Part shown: positions 30,462 through 39,829 of the stretch, piece by piece
Numbering within the stretch: position 1 is the stretch's first letter
How the letters are laid out: each line of letters begins with the position of its first letter
From: Nitrospinales bacterium
GTDB taxonomy: Bacteria; Nitrospinota; Nitrospinia; Nitrospinales; VA-1
NCBI GenBank assembly: GCA_965223795.1
Contig: CBDCXL010000002.1
Location: 1,728,001-1,792,000, forward strand
DNA length: 64,000 nt
Direction: 5' to 3'
The notes under the pieces: model-generated
Told to the model about the DNA's origin: nothing
Seen by the model: only the letters and a program-made list of their open reading frames with translations
Databases searched by the model: none
Position numbers and translations under genes: made by a program

Positions 30462-31598
30462 ATGAACAAAACTCTCGTTCATTCTAAAAATACCGCACGC
30501 GCGCCGTCGCTTCCCTTGAAAGAGCGTGTCAAAGGCTGGGTCAAGCGCGTTCCGTTCATCTGGGAGCTGGACTACCTGCGCCGCAAGGTTCACGACTCGC
30601 GCTGGTTCGACTTTAAAGTGAAAAAGCTTGCGCATGAACTGGAGTGCTGGCCGCAGGGGCTGCTGCTCGATGTCACCAACCGGTGCAACGCAAAGTGCGT
30701 GTGGTGCCCGAATCCCGACCTCGACGATCTGGGCGCCATGAAAATGGATCTGTACAAAAAGATCATCGATGAATACGCCAGCGTCGGCGGGGTGGTGCAT
30801 TTCGGCACGTTCGGCGAACCGCTGATGGACAAGACCATCGGCGAAAAAATCGCTTATCTCAAACAATTTCCGAGCGTGTCGAGAATCCAGGTGCTGACCA
30901 ACGCGTTTTTCATGAACCGCAAGCTCATTCCCGTACTTTTGGACAATTCGGTGGCGGTGGACATCAGCCTGGACGAGCTGGACAAGACCACCTTCGAGGA
31001 TGTCAAGAAGATGAGCTACGACGTGGTGCGGCAGAATATCCTTGACCTATTGAGAGAAAACGACCGCCGGGAAAAACCGGTGCCGGTGCACTTTCGCATC
31101 AAAACCCTGAAGACGATAGAGGCCACGCTCAACCACGCATTGTTTCAGGAAATCGAATCGCACCGCTGCACGATCCAACTCACGCCGATCACCGAAAACA
31201 TCATTTCCAACTGGGCCGGCCGGTTCGACAACCAGAAGTTTTTCGATACCTACGGCATCGCGTCGAACGGCGGCTCCCGCTTCAATCACAAACGTTTCAA
31301 CCTCACCAACCGCGCCCCCTGCACGCAGCTGTGGAAATGGATGGTGGTGTACTGGGACGGCAGCGTGGTCATGTGCTGTGCCGACATGTTCGCTTCGACC
31401 GCTCTGGGCAATCTGACCGAGGACAGCATCGCGGATGTATGGCGCGGCACGAAAATGACCGGACTGCGTAAAAAGATGATCGCCCGCAAACGCTTCGACA
31501 TCCCCCTCTGCCAGGACTGCGACATCCATCTGAGCTGGCACCACCTGAAAGACCACTACGACGCGTCGGCAAGGCTCAAGCCCGGCACCTTTCTCTGA
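30462..31598 (+). CDS. radical SAM protein with twitch/SPASM domain
   Basis: CNAKCVWC, GEPL, C-terminal PCTQLW...DGSVVMCC...LGNL...CQDC. Confidence 0.92.
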   Translation: MNKTLVHSKNTARAPSLPLKERVKGWVKRVPFIWELDYLRRKVHDSRWFDFKVKKLAHELECWPQGLLLDVTNRCNAKCVWCPNPDLDDLGAMKMDLYKKIIDEYASVGGVVHFGTFGEPLMDKTIGEKIAYLKQFPSVSRIQVLTNAFFMNRKLIPVLLDNSVAVDISLDELDKTTFEDVKKMSYDVVRQNILDLLRENDRREKPVPVHFRIKTLKTIEATLNHALFQEIESHRCTIQLTPITENIISNWAGRFDNQKFFDTYGIASNGGSRFNHKRFNLTNRAPCTQLWKWMVVYWDGSVVMCCADMFASTALGNLTEDSIADVWRGTKMTGLRKKMIARKRFDIPLCQDCDIHLSWHHLKDHYDASARLKPGTFL

Positions 31599-31749
31599 TT
31601 GTAAATCCGGTTATAAATCAATGGGTTGCCTGAGGCCGTGGGGCGGGCTGCGGCGGGTTTGCGGCCGTCGCGGACAGGGCCGCCTTTGGGGTTTAGAGTG
31701 CCCGCGGGATGGTGTACCATGATCCTTTTCATGTCGTTTACAGGATGCG

Positions 31750-33645
31750 ATGGAATCGACGGGTAAAACATACGATGTGCTGGTGATCGGCGGCGGCCAC
31801 GCGGGCTGCGAAGCGGCGCTGGCTTCCGCGCGCATGGGCTGCGCCACCGCGCTGATCACGCTCGACTGCGACAAGATCGCCCTGATGCCGTGCAATCCGG
31901 CGATCGGCGGCGTGGGCAAGGGCCACATGGTGCGGGAGATCGACGCTCTCGGCGGCGCCATGGCGCGGGTGATCGACGAGACCGGAATCCAGTTTCGCGT
32001 GCTCAACGCGTCGAAGGGCCCCGCCGTGCGCGGCAGCCGCGCGCAGGCCGATAAAAAACTCTACAAGGACGCCATGCGCCGCGTGCTCACGCAGTGTCCC
32101 GGTCTTGACCTGATCGAAGCGGAAGTGGACGAGCTGTTCATCGAAGGGCAGACGGTGCGCGGTGTGCGCACGGTCAGCGGCGATGAAATCGCGGCGCAGG
32201 CGGTGGTCATCACGACGGGCACGTTTCTCAACGGCCGGATGCACGTGGGGCTGACAAACCGTCCCGCCGGGCGCGTCGGGGAAAAGCCGTCGACGCGGCT
32301 TTCCGATTCCTTTCTCGCGGCCGGTTTCGAAGTGGGCCGCCTGAAAACAGGAACGCCGCCACGGCTGTTGAGCGGTTCCATCGATTTCGACCGCTGTGTC
32401 GAGCAAAAGGGCGATGCGGAACCGCAGCCGTTTTCGTTTTCCACCGGGCGCATCGAGCGGCAGCAGGTCTCCTGCTTTCTCACCGCGACCAACGCGGACA
32501 CCGCCGCGGTGATCCGCAGGAACATGCACCTGTCTCCGCTGTACAGCGGGATCATCGAGGGCGTCGGGCCGCGTTACTGCCCCTCGATCGAAGACAAGAT
32601 CGTGAAGTTTCCGGACAAGGGTTCGCACAATATCTTTCTCGAGCCGGAAGGGCTGGACACCGACTGGGTGTATCCGAACGGCATCTCCACCAGCCTGGCC
32701 GAGGAGGTGCAGGTCGAGCTGGTGCGCACCATCCCCGGTCTGGAACGGGCGGAGATCGTGCGGCCCGGCTACGCGGTGGAATACGATTTCGTGCCGCCGA
32801 CGCAGTTGCACCCGACTCTGGAGACGCAGCGCGTGGCGGGGCTTTACCACGCCGGGCAGATCAACGGCACCTCCGGCTACGAGGAAGCCGCCGGGCAGGG
32901 ACTGATCGCCGGGATCAACGCCGCTCTCAAAGTGCAGAAGCGGCCGCCGTTCGTGCTGACGCGCATGGACAGCTACATCGGCGTGCTGATCGACGACTTG
33001 GTGACCAAGGGCACGCAGGAGCCTTACCGTATGTTCACTTCGCGCGCCGAATACCGGCTGATCCTGCGCCAGGACAACGCCGATGCGCGGCTGATGGCGA
33101 AAGGCCACGCGCTGGGGCTGGTGTCGCTGGAGGAGCATGAGCGCTGTCTGGAAAAATACCGCTTGGTGGAAGCGGAGATCGCGCGCCTGTCGAGCACGCA
33201 GGTGGTGCCGGGAAAAACCGACACGCGGCGGCTCCTGGAAATCGGCATCGAGAGTCTGAAACGGCCGACGACGCTCACCGGGCTGCTGCGTCGTCCGGAT
33301 GTGACCTATGCCGGTCTGATCGAGGCGTTCAACGGCGCAGAGGTTCCCAGAGTGGTGGGCGAGCAGGTGGAGATCCAGGTCAAGTATGAGGGTTTCATCG
33401 CGCGTCAGAACCAGATGGTGGACAAACAGAAAAAACTGGAGAACGTGCCCATCCCGCAGGATTTCGAGTATGCGAGCGTTGCCGGACTGTCGCGCGAGGT
33501 GGTGCAGAAACTCGAATCCATCCGGCCGGCGACGCTCGGCCAGGCGGCGCGCATCTCGGGGATCACGCCTTCGGCGGTGGGCATCCTGATGCTGTTTCTG
33601 GAGCGGCGCAGCGGCCTGCACAGAGCGGCAAAAGCCGCATCCTGA
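31750..33645 (+). CDS. mnmG: tRNA uridine-5-carboxymethylaminomethyl modification enzyme
   Basis: [56 protein letters not shown]. Confidence 0.98.
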   Translation: MESTGKTYDVLVIGGGHAGCEAALASARMGCATALITLDCDKIALMPCNPAIGGVGKGHMVREIDALGGAMARVIDETGIQFRVLNASKGPAVRGSRAQADKKLYKDAMRRVLTQCPGLDLIEAEVDELFIEGQTVRGVRTVSGDEIAAQAVVITTGTFLNGRMHVGLTNRPAGRVGEKPSTRLSDSFLAAGFEVGRLKTGTPPRLLSGSIDFDRCVEQKGDAEPQPFSFSTGRIERQQVSCFLTATNADTAAVIRRNMHLSPLYSGIIEGVGPRYCPSIEDKIVKFPDKGSHNIFLEPEGLDTDWVYPNGISTSLAEEVQVELVRTIPGLERAEIVRPGYAVEYDFVPPTQLHPTLETQRVAGLYHAGQINGTSGYEEAAGQGLIAGINAALKVQKRPPFVLTRMDSYIGVLIDDLVTKGTQEPYRMFTSRAEYRLILRQDNADARLMAKGHALGLVSLEEHERCLEKYRLVEAEIARLSSTQVVPGKTDTRRLLEIGIESLKRPTTLTGLLRRPDVTYAGLIEAFNGAEVPRVVGEQVEIQVKYEGFIARQNQMVDKQKKLENVPIPQDFEYASVAGLSREVVQKLESIRPATLGQAARISGITPSAVGILMLFLERRSGLHRAAKAAS

Positions 33646-33870
33646 ATGCACACCGATTCGATCCAGTGGCGGCTGGAAGTCGACAAGAAGGACATCGCCT
33701 ACATCGTCAGCGTGTTCGAAGCCTACGAAAACCTCGCCATCGTGCGCACGCTCGATCCCGCCAAAGGTCTCATCGAGCTGATGATCTCTCCGGATTATCT
33801 CGACGAAACGCAAACGCTGATCGACCGGCTGGCAAAGGAGATCCCGCTGCGCTTGCTGGGAACGGGGTGA
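33646..33870 (+). CDS. small conserved protein (DUF4911-like)
   Basis: DIAYI...FEAYENLAIVRTLD pattern; directly follows mnmG. Confidence 0.75.
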   Translation: MHTDSIQWRLEVDKKDIAYIVSVFEAYENLAIVRTLDPAKGLIELMISPDYLDETQTLIDRLAKEIPLRLLGTG

Positions 33871-33888
33871 CGGCCGCGTTGCCCAGGT

Positions 33889-34407
33889 TCAGTAATGCAG
33901 CAGGGAATGGATGGCATGGTCTCCCAGCTTTTCCCGTCCCTTGAGAAAGTCCAGCTCGATCAGAAACGCCAACTCCACGATGTTCACCTGAAAATTGCTG
34001 CGGATCAGATCGATCGTCGCCGAAACGGTGCCTCCGGTGGCGAGCACGTCGTCGACGACAAGGATCTCCTGCCCGTTTTTGAACGCGTCCTGGTGGATTT
34101 CCACGGTGTCGGTGCCGTATTCCAGCGAATAGGTTTTTTTGAAGGTCTTGTAGGGCAGTTTTCCCGGTTTGCGCACGATGACGGTGCCCGCGCCCAGGGA
34201 ATACGCGAGGGCGGCGGCGAACAGAAAACCGCGCGCCTCGACGCCGACCACGCAGTCGATGTTTTTATCGGCGTAGCGCTCGCGCAGCAAGTCGATGGCC
34301 TGTTTGAACGATTCTCCGTTTGCCAGGAGGGGCGCGATGTCTTTGAAGATGACCCCTTTCTGGGGAAAATCGGGAATGTCGCGGATATTCGATTTCAGAG
34401 ATTCCAT
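33889..34407 (-). CDS. apt: adenine phosphoribosyltransferase
   Basis: IPDFPQKGVIFKDI, EARGF, RKPGKLP, VDDVLATGGT. Confidence 0.98.
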   Translation of the reverse strand: MESLKSNIRDIPDFPQKGVIFKDIAPLLANGESFKQAIDLLRERYADKNIDCVVGVEARGFLFAAALAYSLGAGTVIVRKPGKLPYKTFKKTYSLEYGTDTVEIHQDAFKNGQEILVVDDVLATGGTVSATIDLIRSNFQVNIVELAFLIELDFLKGREKLGDHAIHSLLHY

Positions 34408-34526
34408 GCTGTTTCCTTCGTTGGGACGGGGTTTCCGCTCATGTCGCGGTTCGAATGCCAGTAAGAGTATCGCTTTTATTGTGCCGGAAAAAATTTTTTT
34501 CGCTGCCCGGGGCCGCGCGGGAAACG

Positions 34527-35249
34527 TTATCGCCGGGTGGACAGGTATTTGAGCGGGTTTCGCGGGTGGGTGTCGTTTCTCACTTCAAAATGCAGGTGCG
34601 GCCCGGTGGAGCGGCCGGTGCTGCCGACCGAGGCGATCCTCTGGCCTTTTTTCACACGCATGCCTTTGCGCACCCAGTTTTTCGAGTTGTGGGCGTAGAC
34701 GGTGGTCAGGTGGTTTTTGTGCTTGATGATCACCATGAGTCCGTATCCGGTCGGTCCCCAGTCGCTGAACATCACCTTGCCGTCGGCGGCGGCGACGATG
34801 GGCGTGCCTTTGGGAGCGCCGATGTCGATGCCTTCGTGGCGGCGCCCCCGGCGCTTGCCGAAGGTGGAAGTGAGCGTGCCTTTCACCGGCCAGCGCAGAA
34901 AATTCTTGATGGGGGGGCGCTTCTTGCCTTTGACGCTGATGTTGCGCTTCTTCTTGACGGCGCGGTCGGTCGGGGCCACCTTGACGACACGGGTGGCGCG
35001 GGGAATCCACAGTCTGGTGCCCACCCGCACCTGGGTGGCGTCGCGGATCTGATTCACCTGCATGATCGTGCGCACGTGGATCTTGTAGGCGCGGGCGATG
35101 CTGTACAGCGTCTGTCCCTTTTTAACCACATGGGTCACGCCGCCGGTTCGCGGATAGAGCGGCGTGGGGCCAAAAAGCGCGCAGCCGGTCAGCAGGGAAG
35201 CTGCGACCCACAGCGACACGAATGTCGTAAACGCAGTTCTAAATGGCAT
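34527..35249 (-). CDS. LysM/M23 peptidase lipoprotein (NlpD-like)
   Basis: Lipobox LTGC, LysM HVVKKGQTLYSIA, HEGID and HLHFE zinc motifs. Confidence 0.93.
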   Translation of the reverse strand: MPFRTAFTTFVSLWVAASLLTGCALFGPTPLYPRTGGVTHVVKKGQTLYSIARAYKIHVRTIMQVNQIRDATQVRVGTRLWIPRATRVVKVAPTDRAVKKKRNISVKGKKRPPIKNFLRWPVKGTLTSTFGKRRGRRHEGIDIGAPKGTPIVAAADGKVMFSDWGPTGYGLMVIIKHKNHLTTVYAHNSKNWVRKGMRVKKGQRIASVGSTGRSTGPHLHFEVRNDTHPRNPLKYLSTRR

Positions 35250-35447
35250 GGCATTCGCAAACGAGTATTGTCTAAACCATTGAAAAATTGTAACATTTTA
35301 TTGTGGTGAAAGTCCATTGCAAGGCTTGCGGGGCCTTTACAAGCCGGGGCGCTTGCGGTATAAACGTGCCATTGTTTCACCAGCTTGAACGAATTCATGG
35401 AACCATTTCCCACCCGTCGGGTTTCCGCGGTCCGCAGCCGGGCACGG

Positions 35448-36587
35448 ATGCCCGCAATTCTCAGAATCCTGCATGGGTGCCTGTTGCTGGCGGTCGCCGG
35501 CGGCTGCGGCGACGGACGCGCCGCCCCGGAGTTGTTCACGCTTCCGGTGGTCTACAAAGTGGGGAAAAAACCCGCGGCTCTCATCGCGCACGACATGAAC
35601 AACGACGGTTACCACGATCTTCTGGTGACCAATTCGGGCGAAGACACGTTCAATTACCTGGAAGGGCTGGGCAATGGCACCTTCAAGGAGCCGCAGACGT
35701 TGAGCACGGGACGCGAGCCGGTGGCGCTGACCGCGTCGGACTTCAACAACGACGGCACCCCGGACGTCGCCATCTGCAATTACGGCGACGGTGACGTGAC
35801 CGTCATTCTGGGACAGAAAGACGGCCTGTTCAAGGTCAAGGGCAACGTCAAGGTGGGCCGCATTCCCATCGCCATCACGGCGGCGGATTTCAACAAGGAT
35901 GAGAATGTGGACCTGGCGGTCACGCTCCGGTTCGACAAAATGATCATCCTGCTGGGCGTCGGGGACGGCACGTTCAAGCTGGCGGAAGCTTACCGGGCTT
36001 CGGGCACGCCCGCCAACCTGGTTGCGGGCGATTACAACAAAGACGGCAACATCGACATCGCCGTGGCGTTCAACGCCGTCGAAGTGAAATTCATCCGTGT
36101 GTTTTTCGGCAACGGGGACGGCACTTTTCAAAACCCCAAGCGCATCCCCGGCGGCCATCAGTCCTCCTTCATCACACAGCACGACATGAACGGGGACGGC
36201 ATCCTGGATCTCGTCACTTCATCCACCATGAAGGACAGCGTGACGCTCTATCTGGGCGACGGCAAAGGGGGCTTCACATCCACGGGGGATTTCGCCGGTG
36301 AAAAGGGGCCGGAGCACATCGTCGCGGGTCAGTTTTCCGACGATCAGATTCCCGATCTTGTGGTGTGCAACCGGCGCGACAATTCCATCTCCGTGCTCGA
36401 AGGGCGCGGCGACGGCACCTTTGTTTTCCCCCATTTCAACTACGCCGTGGGACGCAACCCGCGCGCGATCACCGGAGCGGATTTCAACCGCGACGGTCTG
36501 ACCGATCTTGCGGTCCTGCTTTACGACTCACAGCTCCTGGAAATCTTCGTCCGCAAAGTGGACGCGGAATTTCCCACGGAATCCTGA
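35448..36587 (+). CDS. FG-GAP/VCBS-repeat lipoprotein
   Basis: Seven D(F/M)NxDGxxD-type repeats with GxGDGTF; lipobox AGGC; start taken at ATG 35448. Confidence 0.9.
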   Translation: MPAILRILHGCLLLAVAGGCGDGRAAPELFTLPVVYKVGKKPAALIAHDMNNDGYHDLLVTNSGEDTFNYLEGLGNGTFKEPQTLSTGREPVALTASDFNNDGTPDVAICNYGDGDVTVILGQKDGLFKVKGNVKVGRIPIAITAADFNKDENVDLAVTLRFDKMIILLGVGDGTFKLAEAYRASGTPANLVAGDYNKDGNIDIAVAFNAVEVKFIRVFFGNGDGTFQNPKRIPGGHQSSFITQHDMNGDGILDLVTSSTMKDSVTLYLGDGKGGFTSTGDFAGEKGPEHIVAGQFSDDQIPDLVVCNRRDNSISVLEGRGDGTFVFPHFNYAVGRNPRAITGADFNRDGLTDLAVLLYDSQLLEIFVRKVDAEFPTES

Positions 36588-36592
36588 ACCGC

Positions 36593-36772
36593 TTACGAAT
36601 TGTTTTCCTGAAATTCCTTGCTGTCGGGCGGGGAATCCGTTCCCGGAATCACGTACTTTTCATCCAGCCAGGCGCCGAGGTCGACAAGCCGGCACCGTTC
36701 TGAACAAAAGGGATAAAACGGATTGTCTTTGATCTCTTTCTCGATGGTCTTTTTGCAGTTTGGACATTTCAT
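36593..36772 (-). CDS. yacG: DNA gyrase inhibitor YacG
   Basis: Not in ORF track (59 aa): MKCPNCKK...[28 protein letters not shown]... Confidence 0.93.
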   Translation of the reverse strand: MKCPNCKKTIEKEIKDNPFYPFCSERCRLVDLGAWLDEKYVIPGTDSPPDSKEFQENNS

Positions 36773-36876
36773 GGGGCACCCCCGTCGGAAACGTTTTGCA
36801 ATGGAAGTCTCAGAATGAGGATTGTCTGTATCCTACCACAATTGCTTTGGCAATCCATTACCCACTTTCTTTTCCG

Positions 36877-36905
36877 TTTACAATGATTTAACCCGTTTGT
36901 ATAGT
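36877..36905 (+). promoter_or_regulatory. sigma70-like promoter of the exeA-like gene
   Basis: TTTACA-N17-TATAGT about 35 nt upstream of ATG. Confidence 0.6.
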
Positions 36906-36940
36906 AGTCTGGACGATATGCGAACCTTCAGGACCGTCCG

Positions 36941-39004
36941 ATGATGAGTGGTGTTCAACAGCGGGATTATTACAAGGTGCTGGGGGTCCACCGGGACGCT
37001 TCCCAGCAGGAGATCGACCGCGCGTACCAGAGGCTGGTGGAGCGGTTCGACGACGCCCGCAATCTGTCCTCGCCCGAGAATCAGGATTCGCTCAAAGATA
37101 AAATCGGACTGCTGCAGGAAGCCTACGACACCCTTTCCAACAAGGAAAAGCGGGACGTGCACGACCGGAGCTTTGTCGAAGATAAAAAAAACGAACCCGA
37201 AACAGAAAATTCCTTCTCAAGCCGGGCGGACCTGTTCGAGGACTGGAAGAACAGTCACAAGGAAAAACAGCAGAGCATCTATGAGGATTATTTCGGCTTT
37301 TCCGAAAAACCCTTCGACCTGACGCCCGACCCCAAATACCTGTATCTCAGCCCGAAGCACAAGGAGGTGCTGGCGCACCTGGTGTACGGGCTGCAGGAGA
37401 ACAACGGATTTCTAAAGATCGTCGGCGAAGTGGGCACCGGCAAGACCATGATCTGCCGCAGTTTCCTCAAGGAACTGCACGCCAACTTCAGCATCGCCTA
37501 CATCTTCAACCCCGGCATCAACGAGCTGGAACTGCTGCAGACCATCAATTCCGAATTCGGCCTCCCCAGTGAAAGCACGAGCAAGAAGAAACTCATCGAT
37601 GTGCTCAACCGTTTTCTGCTCGATGAAAGAAAAAAAGGCCATCGCGTGGTGGTCATCATCGACGAGGCGCAGGATCTGCTGCCCGACGTGCTGGAGCAGC
37701 TTAGGCTTTTGTCCAACCTGGAGACGGAAAAGGAGAAGCTGATCCAGATCGTCCTCATCGGCCAGCCGGAGCTCAACCGCACGCTGGATCAGGAAGAACT
37801 GAGACAGCTCAAGCAAAGGATCACCATTCAATGGGAACTTTTGCCGCTCAACCTGGAAGAGACGCGCGGCTATCTGCAGCACCGCCTGAACGTGGCGATG
37901 GGCAAGGGCAAGGTGCAGTTCAGCCGCCCGGCGGTGGACACGATCTACCGCTACGCCGAAGGCATTCCCAGGATGATCAACGTGATCGCGGACCGCTGCC
38001 TGCTGATCGCCTACACACTCAACACGAAAAAGATCCATTCCCGCATTGTGCGCACGGCGGTGCGGGACATCGGCGGGCTCAAGCCGAAACCTTCCATCTG
38101 GACGACGGTGTTCAAATTCGTCCTGCCGGCGATGGTGTTTTTGGGGCTGTTGATTTTTATCATCAGCGATTTTGCCCTGCCCGACCTGAAGCGCGACGCG
38201 AAAGAGGTGCGCGATCCCGCCTCGCTGATCGGCGAGGCTCCACCGCAACGGTTGACGCCGCAGGCTGTGAAGCCCAACAGCGCCTCAGAACAAAGCAGGG
38301 ACGCCGCTGCGCTGCCCGCCGGTGAAGCCAGAGCGCAACAGGGGCTGGAGCCGGGGACGCTGGTGGTGAACGACCCGGACAAACTGGTGACGTACCTTTC
38401 CACCCTGTCGCTCCATGAAAGCCGGATTGAGGCGGTGCAGTGGATTCTCAAGGCCTGGGGCTTGACGGACACGCGATGGCCGGAAGAGGGTGCGGAGGAT
38501 TTCGACAGCCTGCGCGAGGAATTCGGTCTGTCGGCGTTCGAACTGAACGGCAATTTCAAACGGCTGACCACGCTCAATTATCCCGCCGTCCTGGAAGTGG
38601 CGCTGCCCAATTCTCTGGGAACCAAGTACCTGGCGCTGATGCGCACCGAAGGCGACAAGGGCGTGTTCGGCTCGGCGGACAAAATAGAAATGCCGCTTGA
38701 GGTCATCAATACTCTGTGGACGCGCCGGGCCATCGTGCTGTGGAAGGATTTCGAGGACCTGCCGGACAGGCTGGAAAAAGGGTTCAACGGCGCCGAGGCC
38801 ATCTGGCTGCAGAAGAACCTCCGTCTGCTGGGCTTGTTCAAAGGACGTGAAGCGCCCTATTACGGCGAGCAGACGGTGCAGGCGGTGCTCAAGTTTCAGC
38901 GCAAATACAACATCCGCGACGACGGGCGCTTTCATACCGACAGCAAAATGCTTCTTTACAATATCCTCAAAATCTATCCCACGCCGAAACTGGTCGAACC
39001 CTGA
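36941..39004 (+). CDS. ExeA/GspA-like AAA ATPase with N-terminal J-like domain, TM and C-terminal peptidoglycan-binding domain
   Basis: DYYKVLGV...EAYDTLSN.EKR (J-like); FGFSEKPFDLTPDP, GEVGTGKT, IIDEAQ, LIGQPEL, GIPRMIN; T.QAVLKFQRKYNI..DG. Confidence 0.9.
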   Translation: MMSGVQQRDYYKVLGVHRDASQQEIDRAYQRLVERFDDARNLSSPENQDSLKDKIGLLQEAYDTLSNKEKRDVHDRSFVEDKKNEPETENSFSSRADLFEDWKNSHKEKQQSIYEDYFGFSEKPFDLTPDPKYLYLSPKHKEVLAHLVYGLQENNGFLKIVGEVGTGKTMICRSFLKELHANFSIAYIFNPGINELELLQTINSEFGLPSESTSKKKLIDVLNRFLLDERKKGHRVVVIIDEAQDLLPDVLEQLRLLSNLETEKEKLIQIVLIGQPELNRTLDQEELRQLKQRITIQWELLPLNLEETRGYLQHRLNVAMGKGKVQFSRPAVDTIYRYAEGIPRMINVIADRCLLIAYTLNTKKIHSRIVRTAVRDIGGLKPKPSIWTTVFKFVLPAMVFLGLLIFIISDFALPDLKRDAKEVRDPASLIGEAPPQRLTPQAVKPNSASEQSRDAAALPAGEARAQQGLEPGTLVVNDPDKLVTYLSTLSLHESRIEAVQWILKAWGLTDTRWPEEGAEDFDSLREEFGLSAFELNGNFKRLTTLNYPAVLEVALPNSLGTKYLALMRTEGDKGVFGSADKIEMPLEVINTLWTRRAIVLWKDFEDLPDRLEKGFNGAEAIWLQKNLRLLGLFKGREAPYYGEQTVQAVLKFQRKYNIRDDGRFHTDSKMLLYNILKIYPTPKLVEP

Positions 39005-39034
39005 CCGCAAACTCACCTTACTTGCGACCTCCGC

Positions 39035-39805
39035 ATGAGCACGATACTCAAAACTCTAAAAAAACTGGAAGAGGAAAAAAGCGTTCTTGAAAAAAAACAC
39101 GACCTCAAAGGGCTCGTCCTGCAGGGCGGCGGGTCCGGCGGCGGGCCGGAAGACAGCGGCGTCCGCGGCAAAGGCAGGCTGTGGGGCGGTCTGCTCCTCG
39201 GCGGGTTCGTGCTGGGAATGGGGACGTATTTTCTCCTCGATCATTTCGGAAACGACGAGCCGCCGTCGCATGAAGTTGCCCGCTCCTCACCTCCGGCGGT
39301 TGCGGCCGCACGGCCGCCGGCCCGGGTGACCTTCGATCATCCGACGGGGATTCCGCTCTCACACATCCGCGACACGTCGTCCTATCTGGAAGTGCCCGCC
39401 TTCGACGAGCCGGAATGGATCGAACCTGAAACACCCGTGATGCAAGCGGAGCCGCTGCAACCGGCCGCACCGCCGGCCGTGCAAAGGCCGGTGTCCGTGG
39501 ACGGGGAGGTGGAGAAAATCGATTCTCTCATCAAATCCGTCACCTCCCAGGCGTATCGCTTGAGCGGGGACGATGCCTCTACCTCGCCTGTGGAGACCCA
39601 TATCCCCGGTCTCAAAGTAAAGGGGATCGTTTATTTCGCGGACCGGCATCCCGACAATCACATCTACATCGCCACGGCCAGCGAAAGCAACGTCAAGCTT
39701 AAGGTCGATGAGATCGAGCAGCGCGCGGTGCTCAAGGCGATCCTGCCCAACAAGGCGGTGTTCCTGTACCAGGGAAAACGGGTCGAACTCGCCATGGGCG
39801 AATGA
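39035..39805 (+). CDS. ExeB/GspB-like bitopic membrane protein
   Basis: MSTILKTLKKLEEEK start, one TM, Pro-rich linker, LKVKGIVY C-terminal domain; directly after exeA. Confidence 0.75.
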   Translation: MSTILKTLKKLEEEKSVLEKKHDLKGLVLQGGGSGGGPEDSGVRGKGRLWGGLLLGGFVLGMGTYFLLDHFGNDEPPSHEVARSSPPAVAAARPPARVTFDHPTGIPLSHIRDTSSYLEVPAFDEPEWIEPETPVMQAEPLQPAAPPAVQRPVSVDGEVEKIDSLIKSVTSQAYRLSGDDASTSPVETHIPGLKVKGIVYFADRHPDNHIYIATASESNVKLKVDEIEQRAVLKAILPNKAVFLYQGKRVELAMGE

Positions 39806-39829
39806 TCGTTTTCGGGCGTCGTCCTTCCT

